This document shows, piece after piece, positions 52,610-64,000 of a DNA stretch of 64,000 bases. This stretch comes from Vicugna vicugna (Eukaryota), in assembly GCA_013265495.1 (NCBI GenBank), contig MU057880.1, positions 248,001 to 312,000 on the forward strand, given 5' to 3'. Position numbers and translations under genes: made by a program. Each line of letters opens with the position of its first letter. The stretch's first letter is position 1. Below the pieces are notes generated by a model. It worked only from the letters and a program-made list of their open reading frames with translations, did no database searches and had not been told where the DNA came from.

Positions 52610-53470
52610 ACCATTTACCCATTTCTCTTACACCTCAACGCCAAGCCTCTGGCAAATGCAACCATCTTTTCTTCGTATCTTTGCATTTGATATATATTTT
52701 TTAATTCCACATTTAAAAGAGATCATACAGACAGAGAAGGAAAGTATTTTTCTCTCTCTGTCTGACGTATTTCACTTAGCATAATGCCTTCAATGTTCAT
52801 ATAGTCTCATGATCTTTGGTATTTCTGTGCTATCAGTTGTAACATCTTCTCTTTCATTTCTGATTTTATTTATTTGAGTCTTCTTTTTTGATGAGTTTAA
52901 CTAAAGGTTTGTCAATTTTGATTATCTTTTCAAAGATCCAGCCCTTGAAGCTACTAATCTTTTCTATTGTTTGTCAGTCTCTTTTTCATTTATTACTGCC
53001 ATGATCTTTGGTATTTCTCCCTTTCTGCTAACTCTGGGTTTTTGGGGGTTTTTTTTCAGTTCTTTAAGTTGTAAATTAGGTTGTTAACTTGTTTCTTGAT
53101 GTAGGCCTTTATTGCTGTGAACTTCCCTCTTAGAAGTGTTTTTACTAAATCTCATAAATTTTGTTATGTTACAGTTCTGTGTTCATTTTTCTCAAGATAC
53201 TTTTGTTATCTAGTGGCATGTTGCTTAATCTCTACATATTTTTGAAATTTTAATTTTCTTTGTGAATTTAATTTCTAATTTTATACCATTGTGGTCAGAA
53301 AAGATGCTGCATATGATTTCAATACCTTAAATTTATTAAGACTTGTTTTGTGGCCTAACAACATGATTTGGAAATGTCCCTGTGTATTTGAGAAGACTGT
53401 GTATTCTCTTGTCTTTGAATGGAACTTTCTGTAAATATATGTTAAGCCCGTCTGGTCTAATGTGTCATTC
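52610..53470 (-). mobile_element. Antisense L1 fragments: a 3' end fused to the endonuclease region
   Basis: ORF 53281-53472 (TLDQTGLTYIYRKFHSKTREYTVFSNTQG...LGHKTSLNKFK) is an L1 endonuclease remnant; 52610-52800 is 3'-end-like. Confidence 0.85.
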
Positions 53471-54581
53471 ACCTTTTGATTAAAAGAAGCTTTTGATTAT
53501 ACTAGAAGAAACTCAGCTATAGGCTTCAAATCTATGCTCAAACTACACACTCAGTGAGGACAATATTCTGCTAAGACAATTGATTTTCTGCTTCATTTGC
53601 CTACTGTTTGTTTAATGTCAACCATTATAAACAGAACAGGACAAGCAGTACTTGGAGCAATCCTTACAATGTTACAGGGTCAGACACAACATTTAACTTC
53701 TCTTCGCACCACTAGTTCTCTCTGCATACTGGACTTCAGGTACGTACAAACGGCCAGCAGGTACACGAAAAAGCGCTCAACATCACTAATCATCAGAAAA
53801 TGCAAATCAAAATCACGATGAAAGAGCTCACACCTGTTAGGATGACTATCACCAAAAAATCAAGAGATAGCAAGTGTTAGAAATGACTTGGAGAAACTGG
53901 AACACTTGTACACTGTTGTTGAGAATATAATCAGTACAGTCATTATGAAAAACAGTATGGAGTTTACTCAAACAATAAAAACAGAACTACCATAAGCTCC
54001 AGGAATCTCACTCCTTTATCCAAAAGAATTGAAATCAAGATCTGTAAGGGATATTAGTATGCCTATGTTCATTGCAGCACCACTGACAATGGTTCACAAC
54101 AGCCACCATATGACGTAAATGTATACTGATAGATGAATGGATATAGAACATCCATGCACACACACGCAGACATGCACACACACAAAGGAATAATATTCAG
54201 TCTTCAAAAAAGAAAGAGAGTCTGCCACATGCAACAACATGGATGAACCTTGAGGACATTATGCAACATGAAACGTGCCAGTCATAGAAAGACAAACACT
54301 GCATGATTCCACTTATATGAGGCACTAAAATAGTCAAATACAAAGAATTAGAGAGTAGAATGGCCAAGGGCTGGGGTCAAGGGGGTGGGGAGAATTGCCA
54401 GTCAAGGAGCAAGAAGTTTCACTTACACAAGATGAATGAGTTCCAGTGATCTGCTGTACAACGTAGCCCTTATGGTGAACAATGTTGTGCTGTAGGTCTT
54501 TTTCTTAGAAAATTCTTCGCTAAATATGTAGAAATAGAGGAGTTATTGTCTGCAACTTAACGCCAAATGATCCAGGAAATA

Positions 54582-54791
54582 CAATTGACCCTTGAACAAT
54601 GCAAGGGATAGGCGTGCCCACCCCTGCACTATAGAAAATCTGCATATGAATTTACAGTTGTCTCTCTGTACCTGAGGTTCTGCATCCACGAATTCAACCA
54701 ACCATGGATTGTGTAGTATGTATTTACTGAAAAACAATTGTGTGTAAGTGAGCCCACACAATTCAAGGCCGTGTTGTCCAGGAATCAACTA
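54582..54791. mobile_element. Tigger2a/MER8-type TcMar MITE
   Basis: TIRs caattgacccttgaacaa ... ttgtccaggaatcaacta with TA on both sides. Confidence 0.85.
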
Positions 54792-55987
54792 TAATTATAA
54801 TAATGTAGATATGTGTGTGTATATATGTGTGGGGAAGGAAAGAAGTAAGGTAAAATATTAACATTTGGTGATTCTAGATGAGGAATATTTAAGACTTCAT
54901 AGCTTTCTTTTTTCTGAATGTTTAAAGTCATTTCAAAATTTTTAAAATGTGTGTACAGAAAACAGTATGATGTAAATATCAAATTAGTGGTACAGAATTT
55001 CCTTTAGATATCATAGAACTAAGGTGGGCAGGGTAGGCATAATATAGGATATGGAACATAAGGCGGGCTGTGAATTTTGGAAAATTTTCAAGAAAGCAAT
55101 GAGAAACAGAGGACCTAAGCATGAGGAAAGTGGCCTTCACAAAAGGGACAGTCAGGAATGTTCGCAGTATTTTAAAAGATGATGCGTACAGTGGTGTGAG
55201 TAAGAAATAAATATGGAGAATGAATGAAATGACTTGACTATGTGTGAGAAGTAATAACTGAAATATCACTCCATGGAGCAGCGAATTGCCAGTACTTAAA
55301 AAAACTCATATTACCACTTACAAATACTCACATTACCACATACATGTGTTTGTGGACTTCCGTTCCACCAAATGCCTGGGCACCTGCCTGTATCCAAGCG
55401 TCTTTTTGTTGCACTGTTTTCTGCTCTTAGACTTGAACTTGTGAGGCTGAAATTCAAGATTTCTTGGGGAAGGTTAAAGGGATATATTCCAGCCAACTTT
55501 TACTGACTTTCAATTGCCATGATGAACAATTTGGTCTTCTATGGATGTTAAGATGTCATGATCAAATGCTGATCAAAGTAACAAACTAGGACGTTTGAAT
55601 GTAGTCAGACCTGAGTGTGACTCTTGACACAGGCACTCACCAGGTCTGTGACCTCGGGCAATTTTGCAGCTTCCTAGCTTCAGTTTTTCCTCTTAAAATG
55701 ATCAAAACAATATAGGTTCCCTTCAGTAAGCTTATTTGAGAATGGTGGGGACCAGAGGCCTGGCCCAAAGAAGGAACTCCATATTGTTATTAGAGTCTTT
55801 ATAATTCAAAGAGCAGCCAATAAATATTTCTTTAAACCAGAAATAGGCAAATCATGATAACTACACTTGACCTACATTGCTATGACTGTAGACACTGAAG
55901 AAAAAGAAAAAGGGGGAGGGGGTGGGGAGGGGAGGAAAAGGAGGAGGAGGAGGATGAGAAGGAGGGAAACATTAAAACTCTCCATAC

Positions 55988-56258
55988 TTATGGTTACTGG
56001 GGGGAAAGGGGGTGGGAAAGTATAAATTTGGGGTTTGAGATTTGCATGTACTAACCACTATATATAAAATAGATTTTAAAAAAAATCTGTTCTATATAGC
56101 ACAGGGAACTATATTCAATATCTCGTAGCAACCTATAGTGAAAAAGAATATAAAAACAAAAATATCTGTGTATATGTATGACTGAAACACTGTGCTCTAC
56201 ACCAGAAATTGACACCACATTGTAACTGACTACATACTTCAATTTAAAAAAAAAAAAT
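55988..56258 (+). mobile_element. L1 3' tail with TSD
   Basis: Flanks aaaactctccatac / aaaatctgcatac; poly-A at the right end. Confidence 0.9.
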
Positions 56259-56266
56259 CTGCATAC

Positions 56267-56604
56267 CTGGTTTGCTCAGTCATTTTCAGGAAAGCAGTAG
56301 AATTCTGAATGAAAAATTCATTCTGAAATAAGGTCAGAAAATTGCTGATCTTTAGCCTCCCTTAGCTGTCTTCAGACTTGATACGAATCAAGAAGAAAAA
56401 CCCATCGTGACTGATAACTGTTGTAACAATATAGCTCAATCTGTGATCATGCAGTTTCAGGTAAGGCTCCGTAAACGTATCCTCCTCGTGGAAGGCATTA
56501 TCAGCCATTACTCCCACTCCGCACAGCCTCTCCACAGATCGTCCTAGCACTAGAATTTCAACGGAAAGAGACTTGATTAAAATACCTCTCCGGGCAAGAT
56601 GTTG
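56267..56604 (-). other. Candidate exon
   Basis: Acceptor ctccttcctttccacctcattctaattcAG|C at 56605/56604 and donor cCAG|GTATGC at 56267/56266; no recognisable repeat; CpGs retained. Confidence 0.33.
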
Positions 56605-59366
56605 CTGAATTAGAATGAGGTGGAAAGGAAGGAGATGCAGGTGTGGGTTGTAGTCGATGAGTTAAGAAGCAATTGTAAAGTACATTTTTAGCTCAGAATT
56701 GAGATTCTGTCTCAGAAACTTGTCCCCAAAACTGGGTGGTTGTTGGTTTGTTTTTTTTTTTCTGTAGAGATATTCTACATCTGAATTATCATAAAGTAGA
56801 GGGGAAAAAGAAAGATTGAAAAGCATCCAAATAGAAATTGCTTACAAATACTTGAAATACTGTGTGAAATCCCTGTTTAATCTTCCAAACAGATTTGAGG
56901 AATCACTGTCTTCGCCATTTTCCACGGCTGTTCAAAGCGCCCCACAGCTTCCTGTGCGCTGCCAGGCAGAATTGAATGAGTTGTCACTTCCTAGGAGAAG
57001 CAGAAGGTTTGGGTGATGTAGGTCAGAAAACAACTCATGTATAAACTACTTAGAGCTTATTTGCCAGGTTCTAGGGACCTTCTCGAGTTTCCCTTGGTAG
57101 ATTTGTGTTTGTTTAATTGATTAGTGAAGGTTTATTTTGAACAGGGGGAAAAAAAGCACTGAATAAGTGAACATCTTCACAGTAGCCTTGCGGCAAAGCT
57201 GCTCGGCATTTTACACAAGATGAAGATTCTCACACCAAGTGAGACCTTTGAATCCTGGAATATCCCTGAAGTGGAGAGAAGTCATCACCACCATCACATC
57301 ACAGAAGAAATTAGTCTTCCGGGGACTACGTTATCACTGCAGCGTGCCCTGCCCGCACCAAAGCTCCTTTCTAAGAACCATCAAGTCTAAACTATTTTTC
57401 TCTAACTTCTTTCACTTCATTCTCCCACTCAATGTTTGTGTTTTTTTTAATTTCTCTGTATATTTTCCTTTCATCTACCAAGTTTCTTTTCCTCCATAAG
57501 GGCTCTTCTCATTAAAAAATCTCCCCTCCTTGCTGTCTAAAGGACAGGCTGCTAGTAGCCACATTGTTTTTAACCCATAAATTACTCAACCATTAAACAT
57601 ATTAATTTTTATCAAAGTATAGTCGATGTATAATATTATCTTCATTTCAGGGGTACGACATTGTGAGTCAACATTTAAATATATTATGAAATGATCACCA
57701 GGATAAGTCTAGTGACCATCGGACCCCATGCAAAGTTGTAGCAGTATTATTGACCATATTCTTTATGCTGTGTATTACATTCTTGTGACTTAATTTTGTA
57801 ACTAGAAGTTTGTACCTCTTAAATCCCTTCACCTATTTCACTCCACCCCACAGCCCTCCTTTTGGGCAACCACCAGTTTGTTCTCTGTATCTACCAGTCT
57901 ACTTTCTTTTCCTTTTGTTGGTTCATTTGTTTTGTTTTTTTGATTCCAATTTGAGATTATATGGTATTTGACTTTCCCTGAGTGGCTTATTTCTTATTTA
58001 GCATAATACCCTCTAGATCAATCCACTTCTTGTTGCAGATGGCAAGATTTCATTCTTTTTTATGGCTGAGACATCTAATTTGTCTATCTGTCTATCGATG
58101 GACACAGGTTGCTTCCATATCTTGGCTATTGTAAATAATGCTGCAATGAACATAGGGGCCCATATGTGTTTTTGTTTTCTCTGGGTAAATATACAAAAGT
58201 GGAATTGCTGGATTCAATTTTTTTGAGGAAACTCCATACTATTTTCCACAGTGGCTACACCAATTTACATTCCCACTAACAGTGCAGTTACTTAACAGTT
58301 CCCTTTACTTCATGTCTTTGTGAACACTTGTCATTTGTTGTCATTTTGAGAATAGTCATTCTGATAGGTGTGAGTAAATGTTTCATCATGGTTTTGATTT
58401 GCATTTCCCTGATGGCTAGTGATTTGAACATCTTTTCACGTGTCTGTTTGGAAAAATTTTCTTTGGAAAAATGTCTGTTCAGGTCCTCTGCCCATTTTTT
58501 AAATGGATTGTTTGGGTTCCTTTTTTTAATGTTTTGAAATTAAGTTGTATGAGTTCTTTATACATTTTGGATATCAGTCTCGTATTGGACATATCATTCA
58601 CTAATATCTTCTCCATTCATTATGTTGCCTTTTCATTTTGTTGATGGTTTCCTTTGCTGTTCAAAGGCTTTTGCATTTGATATAGTCTCATTTGTTTATT
58701 TTTCTTTTGTTTCCTTTGCCTCAGGAGACAGAACTGAAAAAATTATTCCTAAAACTCATGTCAAAGAGTGCACTGTCTTTGTTTTCTTCTAGGAGTTTTA
58801 TGGTTTTAGGTCTTACATTGAAGTCTGTAATCTATTTTGAGTTTTTCTTGTATATGGTGTAAGAAAGTGGTCCTGTTTGATTCCTTTGCATTTAGTTGTC
58901 CAGTTTTCCCAACACCATTTATTGAAGAAGTTGTCTTCTCCTCATTTCCTTCCTTTGTTGTAGATTAATTGCCCTTGTAAGTGTAGGTTCATTTCTGGGA
59001 TCTCTATCCAGTTCCATTGATCTCTGTGTCTGTTTTTGTGCTGGTACCATACTGTTTTAATTACTGTAGCTTTGTAGTACAGCTTGAAATCAGGGAGCCT
59101 GATACAGTAATAGAGGAAGAATGGAACTAACATTACTTTGAAATTGCCTCCTTCATTCTTTATATTATGTATTCTATTACTTTAGCCCTGCACGTCAAGA
59201 ATTAAATGTTCAAGAAGTGTTGTTTGTGCCCAAGTAACTCATTAAGTTACCTTTTAGAAAGTTCTAATCCCACAGTTTCAAGTTAGTTATCACTATTACT
59301 TGTTGTAGATAAGTTCACTTTCAGCCTAGAAACCTTGCAAATAAGCAGAGATAAGAGTGATAAAAT

Positions 59367-59484
59367 GGGGTGAGGGTATAGCTCAGTGGCAGAATACATG
59401 CTTAGCATGCATAATGTCCTGGGTTCAATCCCCAGTACCTCCAGTAGATAAATAAACCTAATTACCTCCCCACTCCAAAAAAAA
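59367..59484 (+). mobile_element. Camelid SINE (vic-1-like)
   Basis: ggggtgagggtatagctcagtggcagaatacatgcttagcatgc...ggttcaatccccagtacctcc...aaacctaattacctcccc; TSD aagagtgataaaat. Confidence 0.93.
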
Positions 59485-59509
59485 AAGAGTGATAAAATAA
59501 AAATAATTA

Positions 59510-60163
59510 AGAATCCCACTCCTAGGCATATATCTAGAGAAAACTCTAATTCTAAAAGATATATGCACCTCAGTGTTCATATCAGCACTGTTTACAATAG
59601 TCAAAGCAAGGAAACAGCATAAATGTCCATCAACAGATGACTGGATAAAGAAGTTGTGGTATATTTATACAATGGAATATTAGTCAGCCATAAAAAATAA
59701 TAAAATAATGCCATTTGCAGCAACATGGATGGACCTGGAGATTGTCATTCTAAGTGAAGTAAGCCAGAAAGAGAAAGAAAAATACCATATAATATTATTT
59801 ATATGTAGAATCTAAGGGAAAAAAGACATAATTGAACTTATTTACAAAACAGAAGCAGACTCACAGACATAGAAAACAAATGTATGGTTACCAGGGGATA
59901 AAAGGGATGGGAAGGGATAAACTGGGAGTTTGGGATTTGCAGATGCTAACTACTATATATAAAATAGATAAACAACAAGGTCTTACTGTACAGCACAGCA
60001 AACTGCATTCAATATCTTGTAGTAACCTATAATGAAAAGGAATCTATGTATGTATACATATGACTGAAACATTATACTGTATACCAGAAGTTGACACAAC
60101 ATTGTAAACTGCCTATACCTTAACTAAAATAAAAAAAAAAAACTTTTAGAGCGGGAAAAAAAA
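59510..60163 (+). mobile_element. 5'-truncated L1 (ORF2 C-terminus and 3' UTR)
   Basis: aatcccactcctaggcatatatc...gcaacatggatggacctggag...poly-A; TSD aagagtgataaa(a/g)taaaaataa. Confidence 0.92.
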
Positions 60164-62269
60164 AAGAGTGATAAAGTAAAAATAACTGCTAACAATTGGA
60201 AGTTTTACAGAAGCCTTTCAAGTCAGCCTACGTGAGCAAGGAGAGCAAAGAAATGTTATGCTTTCCTTGAAGGCCAGGTGAATCATGAAGAAGTCTGCAA
60301 TCCATGTGTACTCTTTAATCTTAAATCCTCTGGCTTCATCTTTTCTTTTAGCATAAAAGGAGCATGAGTTCTACCATGAGTTAAGATGATTCTTCAGGAC
60401 GTTAGTCCGCCATTTTCTTGGTTTGCTGTCTTCCCGAATAAAGTGGCTATTCCTTGCCTCCACAGCTTGTCTCTTGACTTACTGGCCCGCCATGTGGCGA
60501 GCATCATGAGTTTGGACTCCGTAACAGTACCTCCAGCTTTGTTCCTCTTTCTCAAGATTGTTTTGGCTATTTGGAGTCTTTTGTGATTTCATACAAATTT
60601 TAGGATTATTTGTTCTCATTCTGTGAAAAACTGCTATTGGTAATTTGATAGAGACTGCATTGAAATCTGTAAATTGCCTTGGGCAGTATGGCCATCTTAA
60701 CAATAGTAATTCTTCCAATTCATGAACACGGTGTACCTTTCCATTTATTTATGTCTTCAGTTTCTTTTGTCAGTGTCATAGTTTTCAGAGTGTAGGTCTT
60801 TCGCCTCCTTGGTTAAATTGACTTCTAGATATTTTATTCCTTCTGATGCAATTAAACATATTTCTCAAACTAATCTATTGATGCTCCATTGTGCGCAAGG
60901 TGTTCTTGAGAGGTATACAGGGGAATAAGATAGTGGTTCTGCCTGAAGGAGACAGGTCAGTGGAAGGCACAATGTGGTAAGCGCTATTCAGGTATGAGCG
61001 TAATGCTATGGGATCACAGTGTATGTACAGATAGATAGATATACACATATATATGTGTGTGTATACATTTGTGTATATACATGCTGAAATAACTGTATGG
61101 TGTCAGAATACAGTTTTTTTCCCTCCTTTTCTCCTTTCTAAATTTCTTGGCCATTATATTAAAGACTTTCTAAATATCAGCCATGAAAAGAAAACTTCTC
61201 ATGACAGCTATTCTAAAATGTGAAAAGATAAAAACAACATTTCAATGTTATGCTGTAACACATATGTGAATTGACTCCAAAGAATTAAAAAAAGGAAGGG
61301 AGGGGAGGAGGGAGGGAGTGAGGAAGAAACACTTTTAACCAGCATATGCCCAGGGATCTGCCAAGTGTCACAGCTGCTCCGTATCTGGTTACGGCCAGAA
61401 GAGCCCTTTAATTGAGGGCTGGTACTTTGTGTCATCAAATGACATCCCCCGAAGGCACTTTTAGAGCATTTTCCTATTCCGCCTGTACTCATCTGATGGC
61501 CAGAGTCATCAGAATACTCTTTCTAATGAGCAGAGTGCCCCGTGATGTGAACATGTCAAGCCCTTAGAACAGTGGTGATGACCTCGCTCAGAGTTTCACC
61601 CACTTACTGCTTTCATTTCATCTCTGTGCTGTCCTTTTGCAAATTGAAGACGAGAGTATAAATTTGTGATTCACATTCCACTTTCAAAACTGAGAGGCTG
61701 ATATTATGGTGGGTGAAAATATTTCCCTCGGGACTACAAGTCACAGAGCCACTGCACACTCTCTAATAATGAGGTCTCAAGACAAGTGTAGCAGCAGATG
61801 AAACAGATGAAGCCTACACAGCCTGTCTAGAAGGAATTACTGAGCCCTCAAGTTTTCCTAGTCTCCCAGCCACATCCTTGAAAGTTAAGCCACTGGGACA
61901 ATGTCTGACTTCTCCTAAAATGTCACAATACCTTTAATGGAAACCAGATTCATAAATTGGAATGAAATTGCAGATATGGAATAAATATTTATTGAGAACT
62001 TCAGCCATTGTATCAGAAAAGTTTACCAGCCTAGTGTTTTTGTCAGTGGTCTGGAAAATAGAAAATATTTTCCCATGGAAATAACATGGCTGCTGTAGGT
62101 AGAGGAAACTGTACAGGATGACTAATCAGTCATGTTATTTTGCCAAATATTTGGCTGTGATGTGCACGCTGTTGAATTCCAATATGGATTCAGGACAGCT
62201 TACAGAGATATATTAAATTCAGCAAGGAATTAAAAATAAAAAAACAAAAAGCACTAGCCTAGACTGGCC

Positions 62270-63020
62270 AACGGACGGGAAAAATGGGGCACCTCATGCG
62301 TTTTGAAAGGGGAAGTAAAATATTCAACATGTCTGGAGGGCTCTTTGTACCAACGTTGAAAATGTGCATACTGATTGATCCTGAAATTCCATTCCTCGCA
62401 TTGAAGAAGTAAGGGCGTGAGTGTACAGATATGCTTTATAAAGATGTTCATTGAATGTTGTATAATAAAGAATACTTAAAATAATCAAAATGTCCAATGC
62501 AAAGAGATTGAGTAAGCAAATAAGGATACATCCCTAAATGGAATATTATTTAATTTTTTTAAAGTTGACTTTTATATTGACATGTAAAGATGTCCGCAAT
62601 ATTTCATTGATGTTCAAAACAGGTTATGGATTAAAATGTGTAGTGTAACTACATTTATGTCAGATATATACGTTACAGTTTATACTTGCAGAAGCATCAT
62701 GAAAGATACAAAATGAAATTCTTAACAGCGATTCCTTTAAAGGTATGAGAGGAGGGATTGCTTATCATATATTGTTTTAAAATAAAGATGTCTCTATTTT
62801 CAAAATACAACTGGATAACCCATTTCAAATTTTATTTAGATTATGTTGAAGGAATATTTCATTGCATTGGAAAATGCTCACAATCAATTTCTAAGTGAAA
62901 AGAAGCAGGTTCTTAACCAGTGTAGACGGGGAAATGGCGATCTTCCAGGTTTATGCATGCATAGAGACTAAGTCTGAAACTTTTGTACCAAAACGTTCAT
63001 AGTGCTGTTTTCATGGGAAG
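62270..63020 (+). mobile_element. Old L1ME-like 3' fragments
   Basis: ttgatcctgaaattccattcct...aagatgttcattgaatgttgtataataaag...aaaatgtccaat. Confidence 0.55.
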
Positions 63021-63289
63021 AGTTGATCCAAGTTGCAAATTGAGAGACTAGACTAGGAATGCACCTGCACCATGGAGTCCCGGCTGTGAGAGCGGGACTC
63101 TCCTTCTTGCTCCTGGACCGGAGTCATGGCAGCAGAGATGACACTGCATCCCGGTCAGGGCAGCCCAGGGAGCGGAGTGGAGAGTCCCACTCAGCCTCAG
63201 CAACACCTGGAAAGGGGCATCCTCGAGGAAGTCGCATCTGTGGTGCACATGGTGGCGGGCTAAGACCAAGAGAAGACACACATATCCGC

Positions 63290-63512
63290 AATTTGCTATA
63301 TATTAGGCAATCTGCTAAGGGATTTACATATGAATTACCTGTTTGATCCTCAAAACGATGTTAAGAATAAAATACTATTATCTCCATTTTTTAGATGAAA
63401 ATATTAGTACTTGACAAGTTCATGTTGGTAATTAACCAGCAAATGGCAAAGCTCAGACCAGGAATCAGACCTGCCTGATTGCCAAGACCATACTTTTCAA
63501 CCATTTTATATG
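63290..63512 (-). mobile_element. MIR SINE
   Basis: tttgatcctcaaaac...tactattatctccattttttagatgaaaa. Confidence 0.7.
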
Positions 63513-63912
63513 CCAGAGTAGATAATGTGGGCTCTGCCTTGGTGCCTTTTCCCCTTGCTTTTAAGGTCTTAGTCAACTCAGTGGAGTCTGCTACTTTGTC
63601 TTGGCTCAGACCGATTCCACCTGGTTGCCATATGGAAACCTACGTGGGGTGCCGGGCAAACGCACAGTGCACTGCATCAAACTCGAGGCATCTCTCTAAA
63701 GTGTGCGGTACAGTTTTCAACCCAGACACCGGGGAGAGAAAATGACTGTCCCCAAGACTGCTGTTCATCTCACTCTGTTCACAAAGTGCTTTGCTACAGT
63801 GACGCCTACCCCCTTGGAAGTCAGCCCACACTTCACTGACAGCCGCCAGTTCTATCGGGTCAATTCCACCTGAATCCACTTGCCTGCAGCGTTGCCAGAG
63901 CGCACAGCTTAC

Positions 63913-63974
63913 CGAGCCATTATTATTTTGTGCCTGTGTCCAGGGAGCTCCACAAAGGATATGTTTTAAAGAGC
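63913..63974 (-). other. Candidate 62-nt exon
   Basis: Minus strand reads ttatttatttacctattccAG|gctctttaaa...taatggctcg|GTAAGC; only one frame is stop-free: (G)SLKHILCGAPWTQAQNNNGS. Confidence 0.45.
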
Positions 63975-64000
63975 CTGGAATAGGTAAATAAATAAATAAA

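Larger units (their letters stand above)
47686..54500 (+). mobile_element. Near full-length but decayed L1 (L1MA-like): 5' UTR, ORF1 and ORF2 remnants, 3' UTR; interrupted at 51440-51708 and ~52331-53740
   Basis: ORF1-like KEKRVKKSEESLRNLWDSI (48757-48948); ORF2-like YYEQLYTNRLDNLE..KFLETYNLPSLNHEEIESLNR..KSPLPDSLTGELYQTFK..LIPKPDK (50061-50414); many stops and frameshifts. Confidence 0.93.
59106..60526 (+). mobile_element. ERV1-class solo LTR (MER41-like) containing a SINE and an L1 tail
   Basis: Ends ttagtccgccattttcttggtttgctgtcttcccgaataaagt...tttggactccgtaaca; flanks atac/gtac; the first base reads AG rather than TG. Confidence 0.65.
57605..60855 (-). mobile_element. 5'-truncated L1 (ORF2 3' part and 3' UTR), split by an LTR at 59106-60526
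   Basis: ORF 58942-59133 contains [18 protein letters not shown]; ...cagggagcctgatac joins gtacctccagctttgttc across the insert. Confidence 0.9.

Noticed and set aside
47686..54500. Active full-length L1
   Set aside because: ORF1 and ORF2 are broken by many stops, frameshifts and two insertions.

Overview
AT-rich mammalian genomic DNA, most likely from a camelid. The lineage call rests on four copies of a tRNA-Ala-derived SINE with the head GGGGAGGGTATAGCTCAGTGGTAGAG...GGTTCAATCCCCAGTACCTC (vic-1-like) and cetartiodactyl-type L1 3' tails. A large part of the window is transposon-derived: decayed L1s of several ages, at least 13 solo ERV1-class LTRs (several with checkable 4-bp TSDs), MaLR/ERVL LTRs, MIR, L2, and MER20, MER33 and Tigger2-type DNA elements. 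I cannot support any intact protein-coding gene: the supplied ORFs are L1/LTR remnants or look like chance ORFs. A small CpG island at ~12.9-13.2 kb and several good minus-strand splice sites suggest the promoter and non-coding 5' exons of an unidentified minus-strand gene or lncRNA, with possible further exons at ~56.3-56.6 kb and ~63.9 kb. The most unusual structures are: (i) a ~220-bp, ~95%-identical tract between two otherwise diverged inverted LTRs, probably ectopic gene conversion; (ii) two adjacent nests of LTRs at 38.4-41.8 kb; (iii) a 56-bp minisatellite grown from a SINE tail; (iv) one target site reused by both an L1 and a SINE; and (v) a CpG-rich patch made of ancient MIR/L2. I see no evidence for a new multi-gene biological system. 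Repeat family names come from recall of consensus sequences, and boundaries without a stated TSD are approximate.
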